This document shows positions 49,739 through 59,089 of a stretch of 64,000 bases of DNA, one piece after another. A model generated the notes under the pieces. It had not been told where the DNA came from. It made no database searches and worked only from the letters and a program-made list of their open reading frames with translations. The stretch comes from Desulfomicrobium sp. Lineage in GTDB: Bacteria > Desulfobacterota > Desulfovibrionia > Desulfovibrionales > Desulfomicrobiaceae. The translations under genes and the position numbers were made by a program. The DNA lies in assembly GCA_040768745.1 (NCBI GenBank), contig JAXGMI010000002.1, positions 832,001 through 896,000 on the forward strand, in the 5' to 3' direction. Every line of letters begins with the position of its first letter. Position 1 is the first letter of the stretch.

Positions 49739-50122
49739 CTAGCCGCCGAAGGAACCGGCGCCAAGAACTTCCAAGGCCTTGGTGTAATGCACCCTGACCA
49801 ATCCGATCTTGTCCTCCAGATCCTTGGCCGCAGCCTGAACTCCTTCCAGGGGACATTCGGATTCGAGTTGAGAGGTTTTGCTTTCGATCTCGCGAACCAG
49901 CGCTTTGATTTCCGCAACGGTGTTCAGCAGCTTTCCGCGATCGGCATCTTTCAGGTCCATGAAGCTGACCATCACATCGTATAATGTCGCCTTCCAGGCA
50001 GTCAGTTCACCTTCGACTCCCTTGCAGTAACTCTTGACTGCCAGTTTCTTTGCATCATCCGACATGCAGCCTTCAATAGCCGAGCAGCCCCATCCAGGTC
50101 CGGGATAATCCATGTTTACCAT
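49739..50122 (-). CDS. Hypothetical helical protein
   Basis: RBS GGAGGT before ATG 50122. YCKGVEGELTAWKA...LESECP...GSFGG. Followed by a terminator. Confidence 0.7.
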   Translation of the reverse strand: MVNMDYPGPGWGCSAIEGCMSDDAKKLAVKSYCKGVEGELTAWKATLYDVMVSFMDLKDADRGKLLNTVAEIKALVREIESKTSQLESECPLEGVQAAAKDLEDKIGLVRVHYTKALEVLGAGSFGG

Positions 50123-50374
50123 AACGACCTCCAAACACGGTGTTGAAGTGTTCATGATGAGAATTCGCTATCAAAAAACTCATAATCTTTACAAAAGATA
50201 ATAGCAAGCTTTATTCATATTCTGGCAAGGGGGGAGGAGCCTATTTTTCCATTTCCGTCATCTTCCTTTGCCAAGACTGAACGTCGCATCCTTTGGGACG
50301 AAACGTAATCCCTCCGGGAGCGCTTTGGAAACGCCGAAGTGCCGGACAAGGACGAGCGTTCCCGACGCGCAAAC

Positions 50375-50409
50375 AAAAAAGGGCGGTTTCCTCACAGAGA
50401 TCGCCCTTT
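50375..50409 (-). terminator. Intrinsic terminator after the cyclophilin gene
   Basis: AAAGGGCG...CGCCCTTT with an A-run on its left. Confidence 0.7.
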
Positions 50410-50444
50410 GTCTTCCACCCCGACGCACTGCGTTCTCACCTTCT

Positions 50445-50984
50445 CTACTTCACCACTTCCGCCCTTTCGATGACAACGGTTTCTGCGGGCACGTCCTGGA
50501 AACCTGTCTTCACGGCATCGATGGCATCGACAACCTTCTGCCCTTCCACGACCTTGCCGAAAACTGCATAGCCGAAATCGCGCACGCCGTGGTCCAGGAA
50601 GGCGTTGTCCGCCGTGTTGATGAAGAACTGGGACGTGGCCGAATTGACCTCCCCGGTGCGGGCCATGGCAATGGTGTACTTGCCGTTCTTCAGGCCGTTG
50701 GCGGCCTCGTTCCTGATGGGGGCGTGTCCCTTTTTCCGGGACATGGATGCGTCCATGCCGCCGCCCTGGATCATGAACCCCTTGATGACCCGGTGGAAAA
50801 CCGTGCCGGAGTAGAAGCCCTCTTTCACGTACGTCAGAAAGTTCTCCACCGTGACCGGGGCCTTGGCCGCGTCAAGTTCCAGGACAATGACGCCCTTGTT
50901 CGTGGTCAGGGCGACCTTGGGACCGGCCCAGGCCGTGGTGACGGTCAGGCAGAACAGGGCGGAAACGAAGAGAAATGTGCGCAT
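50445..50984 (-). CDS. ppiA: Periplasmic cyclophilin-type peptidyl-prolyl isomerase
   Basis: Signal peptide, [37 protein letters not shown]. Confidence 0.93.
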   Translation of the reverse strand: MRTFLFVSALFCLTVTTAWAGPKVALTTNKGVIVLELDAAKAPVTVENFLTYVKEGFYSGTVFHRVIKGFMIQGGGMDASMSRKKGHAPIRNEAANGLKNGKYTIAMARTGEVNSATSQFFINTADNAFLDHGVRDFGYAVFGKVVEGQKVVDAIDAVKTGFQDVPAETVVIERAEVVK

Positions 50985-50997
50985 GATGTACCTTTCT

Positions 50998-51546
50998 TTA
51001 AAAGATTACGGCTTCGAACCACCACACCTCGGTCTTGGGCTTGCGCCAAGTCCCCCTGGGCAGCCCCGCCTTGACGCAGGTCTGGTCCAGGAACGTGTCC
51101 CGGTCCCAGCCCCATTCCGTGGCCACTTGCGGCAGGAGCAGGCCCGAATGCATGGACCTGCGGATGTACAGTCCGTGCCGGCCGACCTCGATGAGCTCCG
51201 GGTCCGGACAGGGGGTCAGGGGACCCATGACCGAGATCTCGATTTCCAGGTCCTCAAGTTCCCCGACTGTAACCGGGGGGAAGCGCGGATCCTCGAAGGC
51301 CGCGGCTCCGGCCATGCGCTCGATGGTGGCGATGAGCGGACCACGGCCAACGATATTGCCGATGCAGCCGCGCAGGCGGCCGTGTTTTTTCAGGGTCACG
51401 AAGGCTCCCAGCTCCGCGTTCAGAGTGTCCGACTCGAAGCTGGGTTTCTCGCAGGGCAACCCCAAATGCCGGGAAATGACAAAGCGGACCAGATCCTTGC
51501 AGAAACCCTTTTCTGCATCGGTCAGGGTCAGTTGAAAGTCCTGCAT
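50998..51546 (-). CDS. amrA: AMMECR1-domain protein (AmmeMemoRadiSam protein A)
   Basis: [31 protein letters not shown]. Confidence 0.9.
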   Translation of the reverse strand: MQDFQLTLTDAEKGFCKDLVRFVISRHLGLPCEKPSFESDTLNAELGAFVTLKKHGRLRGCIGNIVGRGPLIATIERMAGAAAFEDPRFPPVTVGELEDLEIEISVMGPLTPCPDPELIEVGRHGLYIRRSMHSGLLLPQVATEWGWDRDTFLDQTCVKAGLPRGTWRKPKTEVWWFEAVIF

Positions 51547-51718
51547 GACGGCCTCCAGGGAGGATTCAAGAAATCCTCTTCTGCTGTTGCTGCTCCAAAA
51601 AACTCGCACCCCCGTGCGCTCTGTCCGCATGCCGCCTTGAACTTATCGTTCCCATGCGGGCACAGGCACCGTGCAGAAGAAATTTTGAACAGCCCCTGGG
51701 TCATTGTTCAACACGCTT

Positions 51719-52390
51719 CTAGCCATTGAAGGGGTGTTCCAGCGGGGGGTTGGTCCAGAACTGACCGGAAAAAACACGGGCTCCCCCGGCCACGACCACC
51801 TGCCGTTCCTGGACGCGCACCCGGCCCTGGGCGATCCACTGCAGGGCCTGGGGGTAGATGCGATGCTCCATGTCCAGGATGCGCGCGCCCAGGGACGCCT
51901 CATCATCGTCCGCGAAGGCGGGCACCGCGGCCTGGATGACGATGGGGCCGTGGTCCATCTGTTCGTCCACGAAGTGCACCGTGCACCCGGCCAGGCGCAC
52001 CCCATGCTCGGCCTGCTGCCGCTGGGCGTGCAGGCCGGGGCAGGCCGGCAGCAGGGCCGGATGGATGTTGAGCACGCGGCCGGCATAGGGCGTCAGGAAC
52101 TCGGGGGTGAGGATGCGCATGAACCCGGCCAGGGCCACCCACTCCACCCCCGCCTCCCGCAGCAGGCGGACCAACTCGCGGTCAAAGTCCTCCCGTTGCG
52201 GGAAGTCCGTGTGCAGGACACTGGCCGCGGAGATGCGCGCTTTCCGGGCGCGCGCCAGCCCCAGGGCATCCGCCCTGTTGGCGATGACGACGCGGATGTC
52301 CGCGTCAAGGCTCCCCTCCCGCACCCGGTCCAGGATGGCCTGCAGGTTGGAGCCCGAGCCGGAGACAAGGACGCCCAGGGCGATGGTCAT
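51719..52390 (-). CDS. purN: Phosphoribosylglycinamide formyltransferase
   Basis: SGSGSNLQA, LAGFMRIL, NIHPALLP, GCTVHFV, DHGPI, EHRIYP. Confidence 0.96.
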   Translation of the reverse strand: MTIALGVLVSGSGSNLQAILDRVREGSLDADIRVVIANRADALGLARARKARISAASVLHTDFPQREDFDRELVRLLREAGVEWVALAGFMRILTPEFLTPYAGRVLNIHPALLPACPGLHAQRQQAEHGVRLAGCTVHFVDEQMDHGPIVIQAAVPAFADDDEASLGARILDMEHRIYPQALQWIAQGRVRVQERQVVVAGGARVFSGQFWTNPPLEHPFNG

Positions 52391-52394
52391 CGGC

Positions 52395-53903
52395 TCATCC
52401 CTTGACCAGAGCGCCCACCAGGGCCGGGATGGTGTAGTCCTCCGGCATGATGTCCGGGGTGAAGCCGAACTGCTTCAGGGTTTTCGCCGTTACGGGTCCG
52501 ATGCAGCAGATCTTGAGGCCCTTGCCCACGTAGGGACGCAGGGTGTCGGCCGGGACCAGGGCGAAGAAGTTCTCCACCGTGGAGGAGCTGGAGAAGGTCA
52601 GGAAGTGCAGCCTGCCCTTTTCCAGGAGCGAGACAATCTCGGCCCCGTCCTCCTGGGTCAGCTTCGTCTCGTAGACCGGCAGCACGTCGACATGCGCCGC
52701 GACCTTGGCCAGTTCCTCGGGCAGCACCTCGCGGGCGACCTTGGCCCTGGGGATGAGAACCTTTTTGCCAGCCACACCGCGCTCCAGCAGCCCCTGGACC
52801 ACGGACTCGGCCACGTACTTGGGCGGGATGAAGTCGGGGCGGATGCCGCGCTCAAGCAGGGCCTCGGCCGTGGCCGGACCGATGGCCGCCACCTGCGAGG
52901 CCCCCAGGGCCCGGGCATCCTTGCCGACCAGCTCGAGCTGGTACCAGAAATGGCGCACGCCGTTGACCGAGGTGAAGATGACCCAGTCGTAATCGGCAAG
53001 CCTGTCGATGGCCTCGCGCACCGAAGCGTAGTCCTCCAGGGGCACGATGGTGATGGTCGGGAATTCGTAGCAGGCCGCCCCCAGGCGCTCCAGGGTGTCC
53101 TTCAAACCGCTGGCCTGCTCGCGGGCGCGGGTCACGACCACGCCTTTGCCATGCAGGGGCAGCTTCTCGAACCAGTTCAGGGTGTCGTGCAGCTGCACCA
53201 CCTCGCCCACCACGAGCATGGACGGGGCCTTGACCCCCTCGCGCTCGGCCAGGGCCGAGATCTCGCTCACGGTGGAGACCCAGGACCTGTGCTTGGATGT
53301 CGTACCCCAGCGCACCAGGGCCGCGGGCATGTCGGGGCGCATGCCGTGCTCCATGAGCTTGCCCGTGATGTAGGGCAGGTTCTTGACGCCCATGTAGAAG
53401 CACAGGGTGCTGGCCGCCGTGGCCAGGGCCGGCCAGTTGTGGGCCGAATCGGGCTTGGTCGGGTCCTCGTGGCCGGTGATGAGGGATACGGAGGAGGCGT
53501 ACTTGCGGTGCGTCAGCGGGATGCCCGCGTAGGCCGGGCCGGCCACGGCCGAAGTCACGCCGGGCACGACCTCGAACTCCAGGCCCGCTTCAAGGAGTTC
53601 CTCGGCCTCCTCGGCGCCGCGGCCGAAGATGTACGGGTCGCCGCCCTTGAGGCGCGCCACGTCCTTGCCTTCCCTGACCTTGGTCACGATGAGCTCGTTG
53701 ATCTGCTCCTGGGGCAGGGTGTGCTCCCCGCCCTTCTTGCCCACGTAGATGATCTCGGCGTCGGGGCGGCACAGGGACAGAAAGCTCTTGTTGGCGAGGT
53801 AGTCGTAGATGACGACCTCGCACTCCCCCAGGAGGCGCTGCCCCTTGACCGTGATGAGGCCGGGGTCGCCCGGACCCGCGCCAATGAGATACGCTTTGGC
53901 CAT
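52395..53903 (-). CDS. cobA: Uroporphyrinogen-III C-methyltransferase / uroporphyrinogen-III synthase fusion (CobA-HemD)
   Basis: GAGPGDPGLIT, RLKGGDP, VPGVTS, then a HemD domain (VVTRA, FTSVNGV, IGPAT, FSSSSTV). Confidence 0.95.
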   Translation of the reverse strand: MAKAYLIGAGPGDPGLITVKGQRLLGECEVVIYDYLANKSFLSLCRPDAEIIYVGKKGGEHTLPQEQINELIVTKVREGKDVARLKGGDPYIFGRGAEEAEELLEAGLEFEVVPGVTSAVAGPAYAGIPLTHRKYASSVSLITGHEDPTKPDSAHNWPALATAASTLCFYMGVKNLPYITGKLMEHGMRPDMPAALVRWGTTSKHRSWVSTVSEISALAEREGVKAPSMLVVGEVVQLHDTLNWFEKLPLHGKGVVVTRAREQASGLKDTLERLGAACYEFPTITIVPLEDYASVREAIDRLADYDWVIFTSVNGVRHFWYQLELVGKDARALGASQVAAIGPATAEALLERGIRPDFIPPKYVAESVVQGLLERGVAGKKVLIPRAKVAREVLPEELAKVAAHVDVLPVYETKLTQEDGAEIVSLLEKGRLHFLTFSSSSTVENFFALVPADTLRPYVGKGLKICCIGPVTAKTLKQFGFTPDIMPEDYTIPALVGALVKG

Positions 53904-53974
53904 GATGTTTCCTTTGGTTTACATATTCCGGGACAGCCATGTCCGCGGCCGGAGGCCTTCGGACTGCCGGGAGG

Positions 53975-54060
53975 AGGCATGGATCCCCGCCTGCGCGGGG
54001 ATGACGCCGAGACGGCGAGTCACTTCAAGGTCATTCCCGCGCAGGCGGGAATCCATGCCT
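53975..54060. repeat. REP-like doublet (inverted pair of palindromic units)
   Basis: AGGCATGGATCCCCGCCTGCGCGGGGATGAC (53975-54005) and GTCATTCCCGCGCAGGCGGGAATCCATGCCT (54030-54060): 31-bp inverted arms with 2 mismatches, each internally palindromic. Confidence 0.85.
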
Positions 54061-54084
54061 TTACCTTTTCAAGAATGAAGAACG

Positions 54085-56748
54085 TCACCCGACGAACTCC
54101 TGCACCTTGGCCCGCAGCTGCTCCAGGGCGGCCTTCTTCTCGGCGAACTCCGCCGCCTTGGCCTTCTCCTTGGCCACCACGTCCTCGGGGGCCTTGCTGA
54201 CGAAGCTCTCGTTGCCGAGCTTCTTGGTCACGAAATCGAGTTCCTTGGTGATCTTGCCCAGTTCCTTGTCCAGGCGGGCCAGCTCGGCCACGAAGTCCAC
54301 CACGCCGGCCAGGGGCACGAAGAGTTCGCAGCCGCGGACCACGGCCGAGGCGCAGCCCCTGGGCGGCTCGATGTCCGGGGCCGCGGTCAGGGACCCGACC
54401 CGGGCCAGGGCCGCGATCTCGGTCTCGTGGGCCACCAGGAAGGCCTGGTCCTCGCCGCCGGCGCGCACCAGCACGTTCAGGGCCACGCCCGGTGCCACGC
54501 CCAATTCGGCCCTGATGTTGCGCACGGCCACAACCACTCCCTGCAGGAACTCCATGTCGCGCACGGCCCCCTCGTCCTCCCACTCGGGGCGGGCCTTGGG
54601 ATAGGGTCTGTGGGCCAGGAGCTCGGCGTCCAGGGCCGGGATAGAGGACCAGATCTCCTGGGTCACGAAGGGGATGATGGGATGAGCCACGATCATGATC
54701 TCGGAAAGCACGTGCTTCAGGCACGAGCGCGCCGCGGCCCTGGCCGCCCCGTCCTCGCCGTAGAGTTCGGGCTTGATCAGCTCCAGGTACCAGTCGCAGA
54801 ACTCGCGCCAGACAAAGCCGTAGAGGCCCTGGGCCGCCTCGTTGAAGCGGTAGCCCTCGATCTGCGCCGCGTGCTCCTTCTTGAGCACCTCCAGGCGGTG
54901 CAGGATCCACTTGTGGTGCAGCCCGGTCAGGGTCCCCGGGTCGAACTCGGGTTCGCTGCCGTCCACATGCATGAGGGCGAAGCGGGCCGCGTTCCAGACC
55001 TTGTTGATGAAATGCCGGTAGCCCTCGATGCGCGCCTCGGACAGCTTGATGTCGCGGCCCATGGCCGCGAACGAGGTCAGGGTGAAGCGCAGGGAGTCGC
55101 AGCCATACGTGTCGATCATCTCCAGGGGGTCGATGACGTTGCCCGTGGACTTGGACATCTTCTTGCCGTGCTCGTCGCGGACCAGAGCGTGGATATAGAC
55201 GTCCCTGAAGGGCACCTCGCCCATGAACTGCAGGCCCATCATCATCATGCGGGCCACCCAGAAGAAGAGGATGTCGAAGCCCGTGACCAGGAGCGACGTC
55301 GGGTAGAAGGCCGCCAGCTCGTCCGTCTGCTCCGGCCAGCCAAGAGTCGAGAATGGCCACAGGGCCGAGGAGAACCAGGTGTCCAGCACGTCCTCATCCT
55401 GCACCAGGTTGGCACTGCCGCACGCGCAGGCCGTCGGGTCCTGGCGGGCCACGATGACCTTGCCGCAGTCCTGGCAGGTCCAGACCGGGATACGATGCCC
55501 CCACCACAGCTGGCGCGAGATGCACCAGTCGCGGATGTTGTCCAGCCAGTTGTAGTAGGTCTTGGTCCATTGCTCCGGCCAGATGGTTGTGTGGCCGTTC
55601 TCCACCGCCGCCCTCGCCTTTTCGGCCAGGGGCTTGACGGACACGAACCATTGCTCGGACACGAAGGGCTCGATGACCGTCTTGCAACGGTAGCACTGGT
55701 TGACCTTGTTCTCGTAGGGCTCCTCGGACACCAGGGATCCGCAGGCCCGCAGATCGACGACGATGCGCTCTCGGCATTCGGCGGCGGTCAGGCCGCGGTA
55801 GGCCTCGGGCGCGTTGTCGTTCATGCGGCCCTGGTCGTCGATGACACTGATGGCTTCCAGGCCGTGCTTGCGGCCCAGCTCCCAGTCGTTCATGTCGTGG
55901 GCCGGGGTGATCTTCAGGCAGCCGGTGCCGAACTCGCGGTCCACGTAGGGGTCGGCAATGACCGGGATGCGACGGTCCACCAGGGGCAGGATGACGAACT
56001 TGCCGACCATGGACTGGTAGCGTTCGTCCTCGGGATGCACTGCCACGGCCGTGTCGCCGAGCATGGTCTCGGGCCGGACCGTGGCCACGGTCACGTAACC
56101 CGAACCGTCCTCCAGGGGGTAGCGCAGGTGGTAGAGCGTGGACTTGGCCGGGGCGTACTCGACCTCGTCATCGGCCAGGGCCGTGTGGCAGCGGGTGCAC
56201 CAGTTGACGATGTACTTGCCGCGGTAGACCAGGCCCTGCTCGTAGAGGGAGACGAAGACTTCGCGCACGGCCTTGGACAACCCCTCGTCCATGGTGAAGC
56301 GCTCGCGGGTCCAGTCGACGCTTGCCCCAAGGCGGCGGATCTGGTTCAGGATGCGTCCGCCGTAGTCCTCCTTCCATTCCCAGACGCGCTCGATGAAGGC
56401 CTCGCGGCCCAGGTCCTCGCGGCGCTTGCCTTCGGCCAGGAGCTTGCGTTCCACCACGTTCTGGGTGGCGATGCCCGCGTGGTCCGTACCCACCACCCAG
56501 AGGACGGTCCTGCCGCGCTGGCGCATGAAGCGGCACAGGATGTCCTGCAGGGTGATATTGAGGGCGTGGCCCATGTGCAGGGCTCCGGTGACATTGGGCG
56601 GGGGGATGACGATGGAGTAGTTGTTCCCCGGCTGAGCGGCGGCCTTGGCCGCGTCGGGGGTGAAGGTGCGCCGTGAAGTCCATGCTTCGAGCCAACGCTT
56701 TTCAACTTCTGCAGGTTCGTATCCCTTGGCAAGGGTCTCTGTGGACAT
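54085..56748 (-). CDS. valS: Valyl-tRNA synthetase
   Basis: PPPNVTGALHMGH, DHAGIATQ, DWCISRQLWWGH, KMSKS, C-terminal coiled coil. Confidence 0.98.
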   Translation of the reverse strand: MSTETLAKGYEPAEVEKRWLEAWTSRRTFTPDAAKAAAQPGNNYSIVIPPPNVTGALHMGHALNITLQDILCRFMRQRGRTVLWVVGTDHAGIATQNVVERKLLAEGKRREDLGREAFIERVWEWKEDYGGRILNQIRRLGASVDWTRERFTMDEGLSKAVREVFVSLYEQGLVYRGKYIVNWCTRCHTALADDEVEYAPAKSTLYHLRYPLEDGSGYVTVATVRPETMLGDTAVAVHPEDERYQSMVGKFVILPLVDRRIPVIADPYVDREFGTGCLKITPAHDMNDWELGRKHGLEAISVIDDQGRMNDNAPEAYRGLTAAECRERIVVDLRACGSLVSEEPYENKVNQCYRCKTVIEPFVSEQWFVSVKPLAEKARAAVENGHTTIWPEQWTKTYYNWLDNIRDWCISRQLWWGHRIPVWTCQDCGKVIVARQDPTACACGSANLVQDEDVLDTWFSSALWPFSTLGWPEQTDELAAFYPTSLLVTGFDILFFWVARMMMMGLQFMGEVPFRDVYIHALVRDEHGKKMSKSTGNVIDPLEMIDTYGCDSLRFTLTSFAAMGRDIKLSEARIEGYRHFINKVWNAARFALMHVDGSEPEFDPGTLTGLHHKWILHRLEVLKKEHAAQIEGYRFNEAAQGLYGFVWREFCDWYLELIKPELYGEDGAARAAARSCLKHVLSEIMIVAHPIIPFVTQEIWSSIPALDAELLAHRPYPKARPEWEDEGAVRDMEFLQGVVVAVRNIRAELGVAPGVALNVLVRAGGEDQAFLVAHETEIAALARVGSLTAAPDIEPPRGCASAVVRGCELFVPLAGVVDFVAELARLDKELGKITKELDFVTKKLGNESFVSKAPEDVVAKEKAKAAEFAEKKAALEQLRAKVQEFVG

Positions 56749-56894
56749 ATCCGTAGAACTCCAGATCGCGAGCTGTTTGCTGAAGAAAAACGCCGCGCGG
56801 GCCGGCGTCGCAGAAGCAAAAATGAGTACCGGGGGGGATGTCAAAAATCAAGCCTGACTTGCCCGCCATGTCCCGACCTGCTAGGGCCGAAACC

Positions 56895-58142
56895 ATGCGC
56901 AACACGCCACCATCCCCGGCCCTCTTGTGGGACGAATCGCATCTCTGGGGCATCCTGCTCCTTCGGGCCCTTCATGCCCTGGATGTTCCGGTCACGGTTG
57001 TCAGTGCGGAACAGGTCCGCTCGGGCATCCTCTCCGCCACGGATCCAGGCATGCTCTTGGTCCCCGGAGGCTGGGCCAAGCTCAAATCCCTGGCATTGGG
57101 CGAAGACGGACGCGAAGCCATCCGGGAGTACGTGCGGGGCGGAGGCGTCTACCTGGGTTTCTGCGGCGGCGCGGGCCTGGGCCTGGCCTCGGAACCCGGA
57201 ATCCCGCTGCTGGACCTGTGCTCCTGGTCGCGTAAACCTGCCACCCAGCGGCTGCCCAATTTCAGCGGGCATATGAACTGTATGGTCGGCCTGGACGGAC
57301 CCCTTCACCAGGAACGGCTGCCCGTGTGGTGGCCTTCCCAGTTCGCACCTGACCCCGAGGCACCTCTGGAAATCCTGGCCAGGTACGAAAGTCCGGGGCC
57401 CGACTTCTGGTCCGCCGACCTGGACTGGTCCGCAGTGGCGCCCACGGAAGTGGGACGATGGGAGGAATTCTACGGGATAAACCTCGATCCCGGCCTTCTG
57501 CGCGGGGACCCCTGCATCGTGCGCGGAAGATACGGACGCGGCTCCTTCATCCTGAGCTACCCCCACCTGGAAACCCCTAATTCGCCCCAGGCCAACAGTC
57601 TGCTGGCGCACCTCCTGGGACGGTCCCGGTCTGCAACTGTCCCGGAATGGAACCTTGATTTCCAGGCTCCGGTCTGGGATGACCCCGCCCTGGGGCGGAT
57701 GCACTCCTTCCTGGCCGAACTGATCCGCTTCGGGCAGAATCATTTCCTGCTCTTCTGGCGCACGCCCTGGCTCTTGGGTTGGCGGCGCGGTGTGCCCGGC
57801 TCGCCCCTGACCTTCCTGGCGACCATGGTCTGGCAAGCCCGACACTCCCCGGCCTCGGAGCAGGCCCGCGCCTTCTGGGCCACCCAGGGGGCACACTGCA
57901 TGCGTGCCTGCCAGGACTTCTGCGGGCAGGCCAAAACCTACCTGCTCCTGGAGCGGCGCATCCTCGCCTCCTCCCCGTCCTCGCCCGAAGCCAGCGCCTC
58001 ACCAGAGCTGCAACGCCGCAAGGTGGAACTGTTCGGAAAATTCCCTGGCTACGGGGGACTGTACGGGGAGATCCTGGGCAGTCTGGACAGGTTGGTATGG
58101 CTGCAGATCACACCGCAAGGCGGTGGGACAGATCGGCCTTGA
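56895..58142 (+). CDS. BPL-N / class I glutamine-amidotransferase-like protein
   Basis: LLVPGG, GGVYLGFCGGAG nucleophile elbow, SYPHLE. Start uncertain (56838, 56868 or 56895). Confidence 0.75.
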   Translation: MRNTPPSPALLWDESHLWGILLLRALHALDVPVTVVSAEQVRSGILSATDPGMLLVPGGWAKLKSLALGEDGREAIREYVRGGGVYLGFCGGAGLGLASEPGIPLLDLCSWSRKPATQRLPNFSGHMNCMVGLDGPLHQERLPVWWPSQFAPDPEAPLEILARYESPGPDFWSADLDWSAVAPTEVGRWEEFYGINLDPGLLRGDPCIVRGRYGRGSFILSYPHLETPNSPQANSLLAHLLGRSRSATVPEWNLDFQAPVWDDPALGRMHSFLAELIRFGQNHFLLFWRTPWLLGWRRGVPGSPLTFLATMVWQARHSPASEQARAFWATQGAHCMRACQDFCGQAKTYLLLERRILASSPSSPEASASPELQRRKVELFGKFPGYGGLYGEILGSLDRLVWLQITPQGGGTDRP

Positions 58143-58875
58143 GGCATGCAAAGCGTTCTGTCTGCGGGAGCGTGGCAAAAATTTGCTCCAGGTGGCCGCG
58201 TGCGGCGAAAATCTGGCGGCTGGCGCGCAAAGACAGCTTCGGCCCCCAGGAAGCCAGAAGCAATTTGAAATCGTTCAAATACCCCAGATCGGCATAGGCA
58301 GGATTCGCACCCCTCTCCACGATCTTTAGGACGGACGCAGTCCAGGCCCCGGCATCGTCAACCAGACCCAGGGTGACCACCGGATCCCGTGGCCCGCCGG
58401 GGCGCATTTTGGACAGGACCACAGGCACGATGTCGAGTTTGTCTCCGTCCCTGACCACCTCGCACATGGACCTGGTCAGTGGGTCCAGGCTCCCGGGCAG
58501 CTCCCGCTTGTTGTGCAGCTCCACGGTCTGCACAATGCGCTGGCGCTCTCCCGGTTTCAACGCATCCAGATAGTTCCCTGTCCGCAGGACCTGCGCCCCT
58601 TCGCTGCCATGGTCCACGGAACGGTCATCACGAAAGGTCCCGAAGCGCTCGAACTGGGAAAAGCGGCCGATGTCGTGCAGCAGGGCCGCGGCCCGGTAGA
58701 TCCACGGCTGGGAAAGATCCTCCCTGGCCACGATTCTGGAAACCAGTGCGTGGACGCGCAGGGAGTGGTCGCGTTTGAGGACAATGTGCTCCCTTCCCTG
58801 CCCCACACGGCTCTCGTATGCCGCCGCAAGGGCCACAAAGCGACCCATGAGGCGCCGCTGATCCTCCCTGTGCAT
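58108..58875 (-). CDS. HD-domain phosphohydrolase
   Basis: KRDHSLRV, LLHDIGRF, DHG, HN, RDGDKLD. Confidence 0.88.
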   Translation of the reverse strand: MHREDQRRLMGRFVALAAAYESRVGQGREHIVLKRDHSLRVHALVSRIVAREDLSQPWIYRAAALLHDIGRFSQFERFGTFRDDRSVDHGSEGAQVLRTGNYLDALKPGERQRIVQTVELHNKRELPGSLDPLTRSMCEVVRDGDKLDIVPVVLSKMRPGGPRDPVVTLGLVDDAGAWTASVLKIVERGANPAYADLGYLNDFKLLLASWGPKLSLRASRQIFAARGHLEQIFATLPQTERFACLKADLSHRLAV

Positions 58876-59066
58876 CAGATGCCCTGGTAGAACTTGTAGA
58901 AATCCTTGTCGATCAGGAGAAGGAACCCATCCTCGGCCTCCTCGAAGCGGATGACCTGGGCCGGGTCCAGGGCCACGTCCAGGGCATACTCGGCCAGGCG
59001 GCTGGCCTCCTTTTTGGCGGCCTCATCCAGTTCTTTGAATTTTCCCATTTCGATCCACTGACTCAT
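58875..59066 (-). CDS. Small acidic hypothetical protein (63 aa)
   Basis: Fills the gap between trkH and the HD gene, has a GGAG RBS and a TGATG overlap with the HD gene. Confidence 0.7.
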   Translation of the reverse strand: MSQWIEMGKFKELDEAAKKEASRLAEYALDVALDPAQVIRFEEAEDGFLLLIDKDFYKFYQGI

Positions 59067-59089
59067 GCTTCTCTCCCGCCCCTCAGGGC

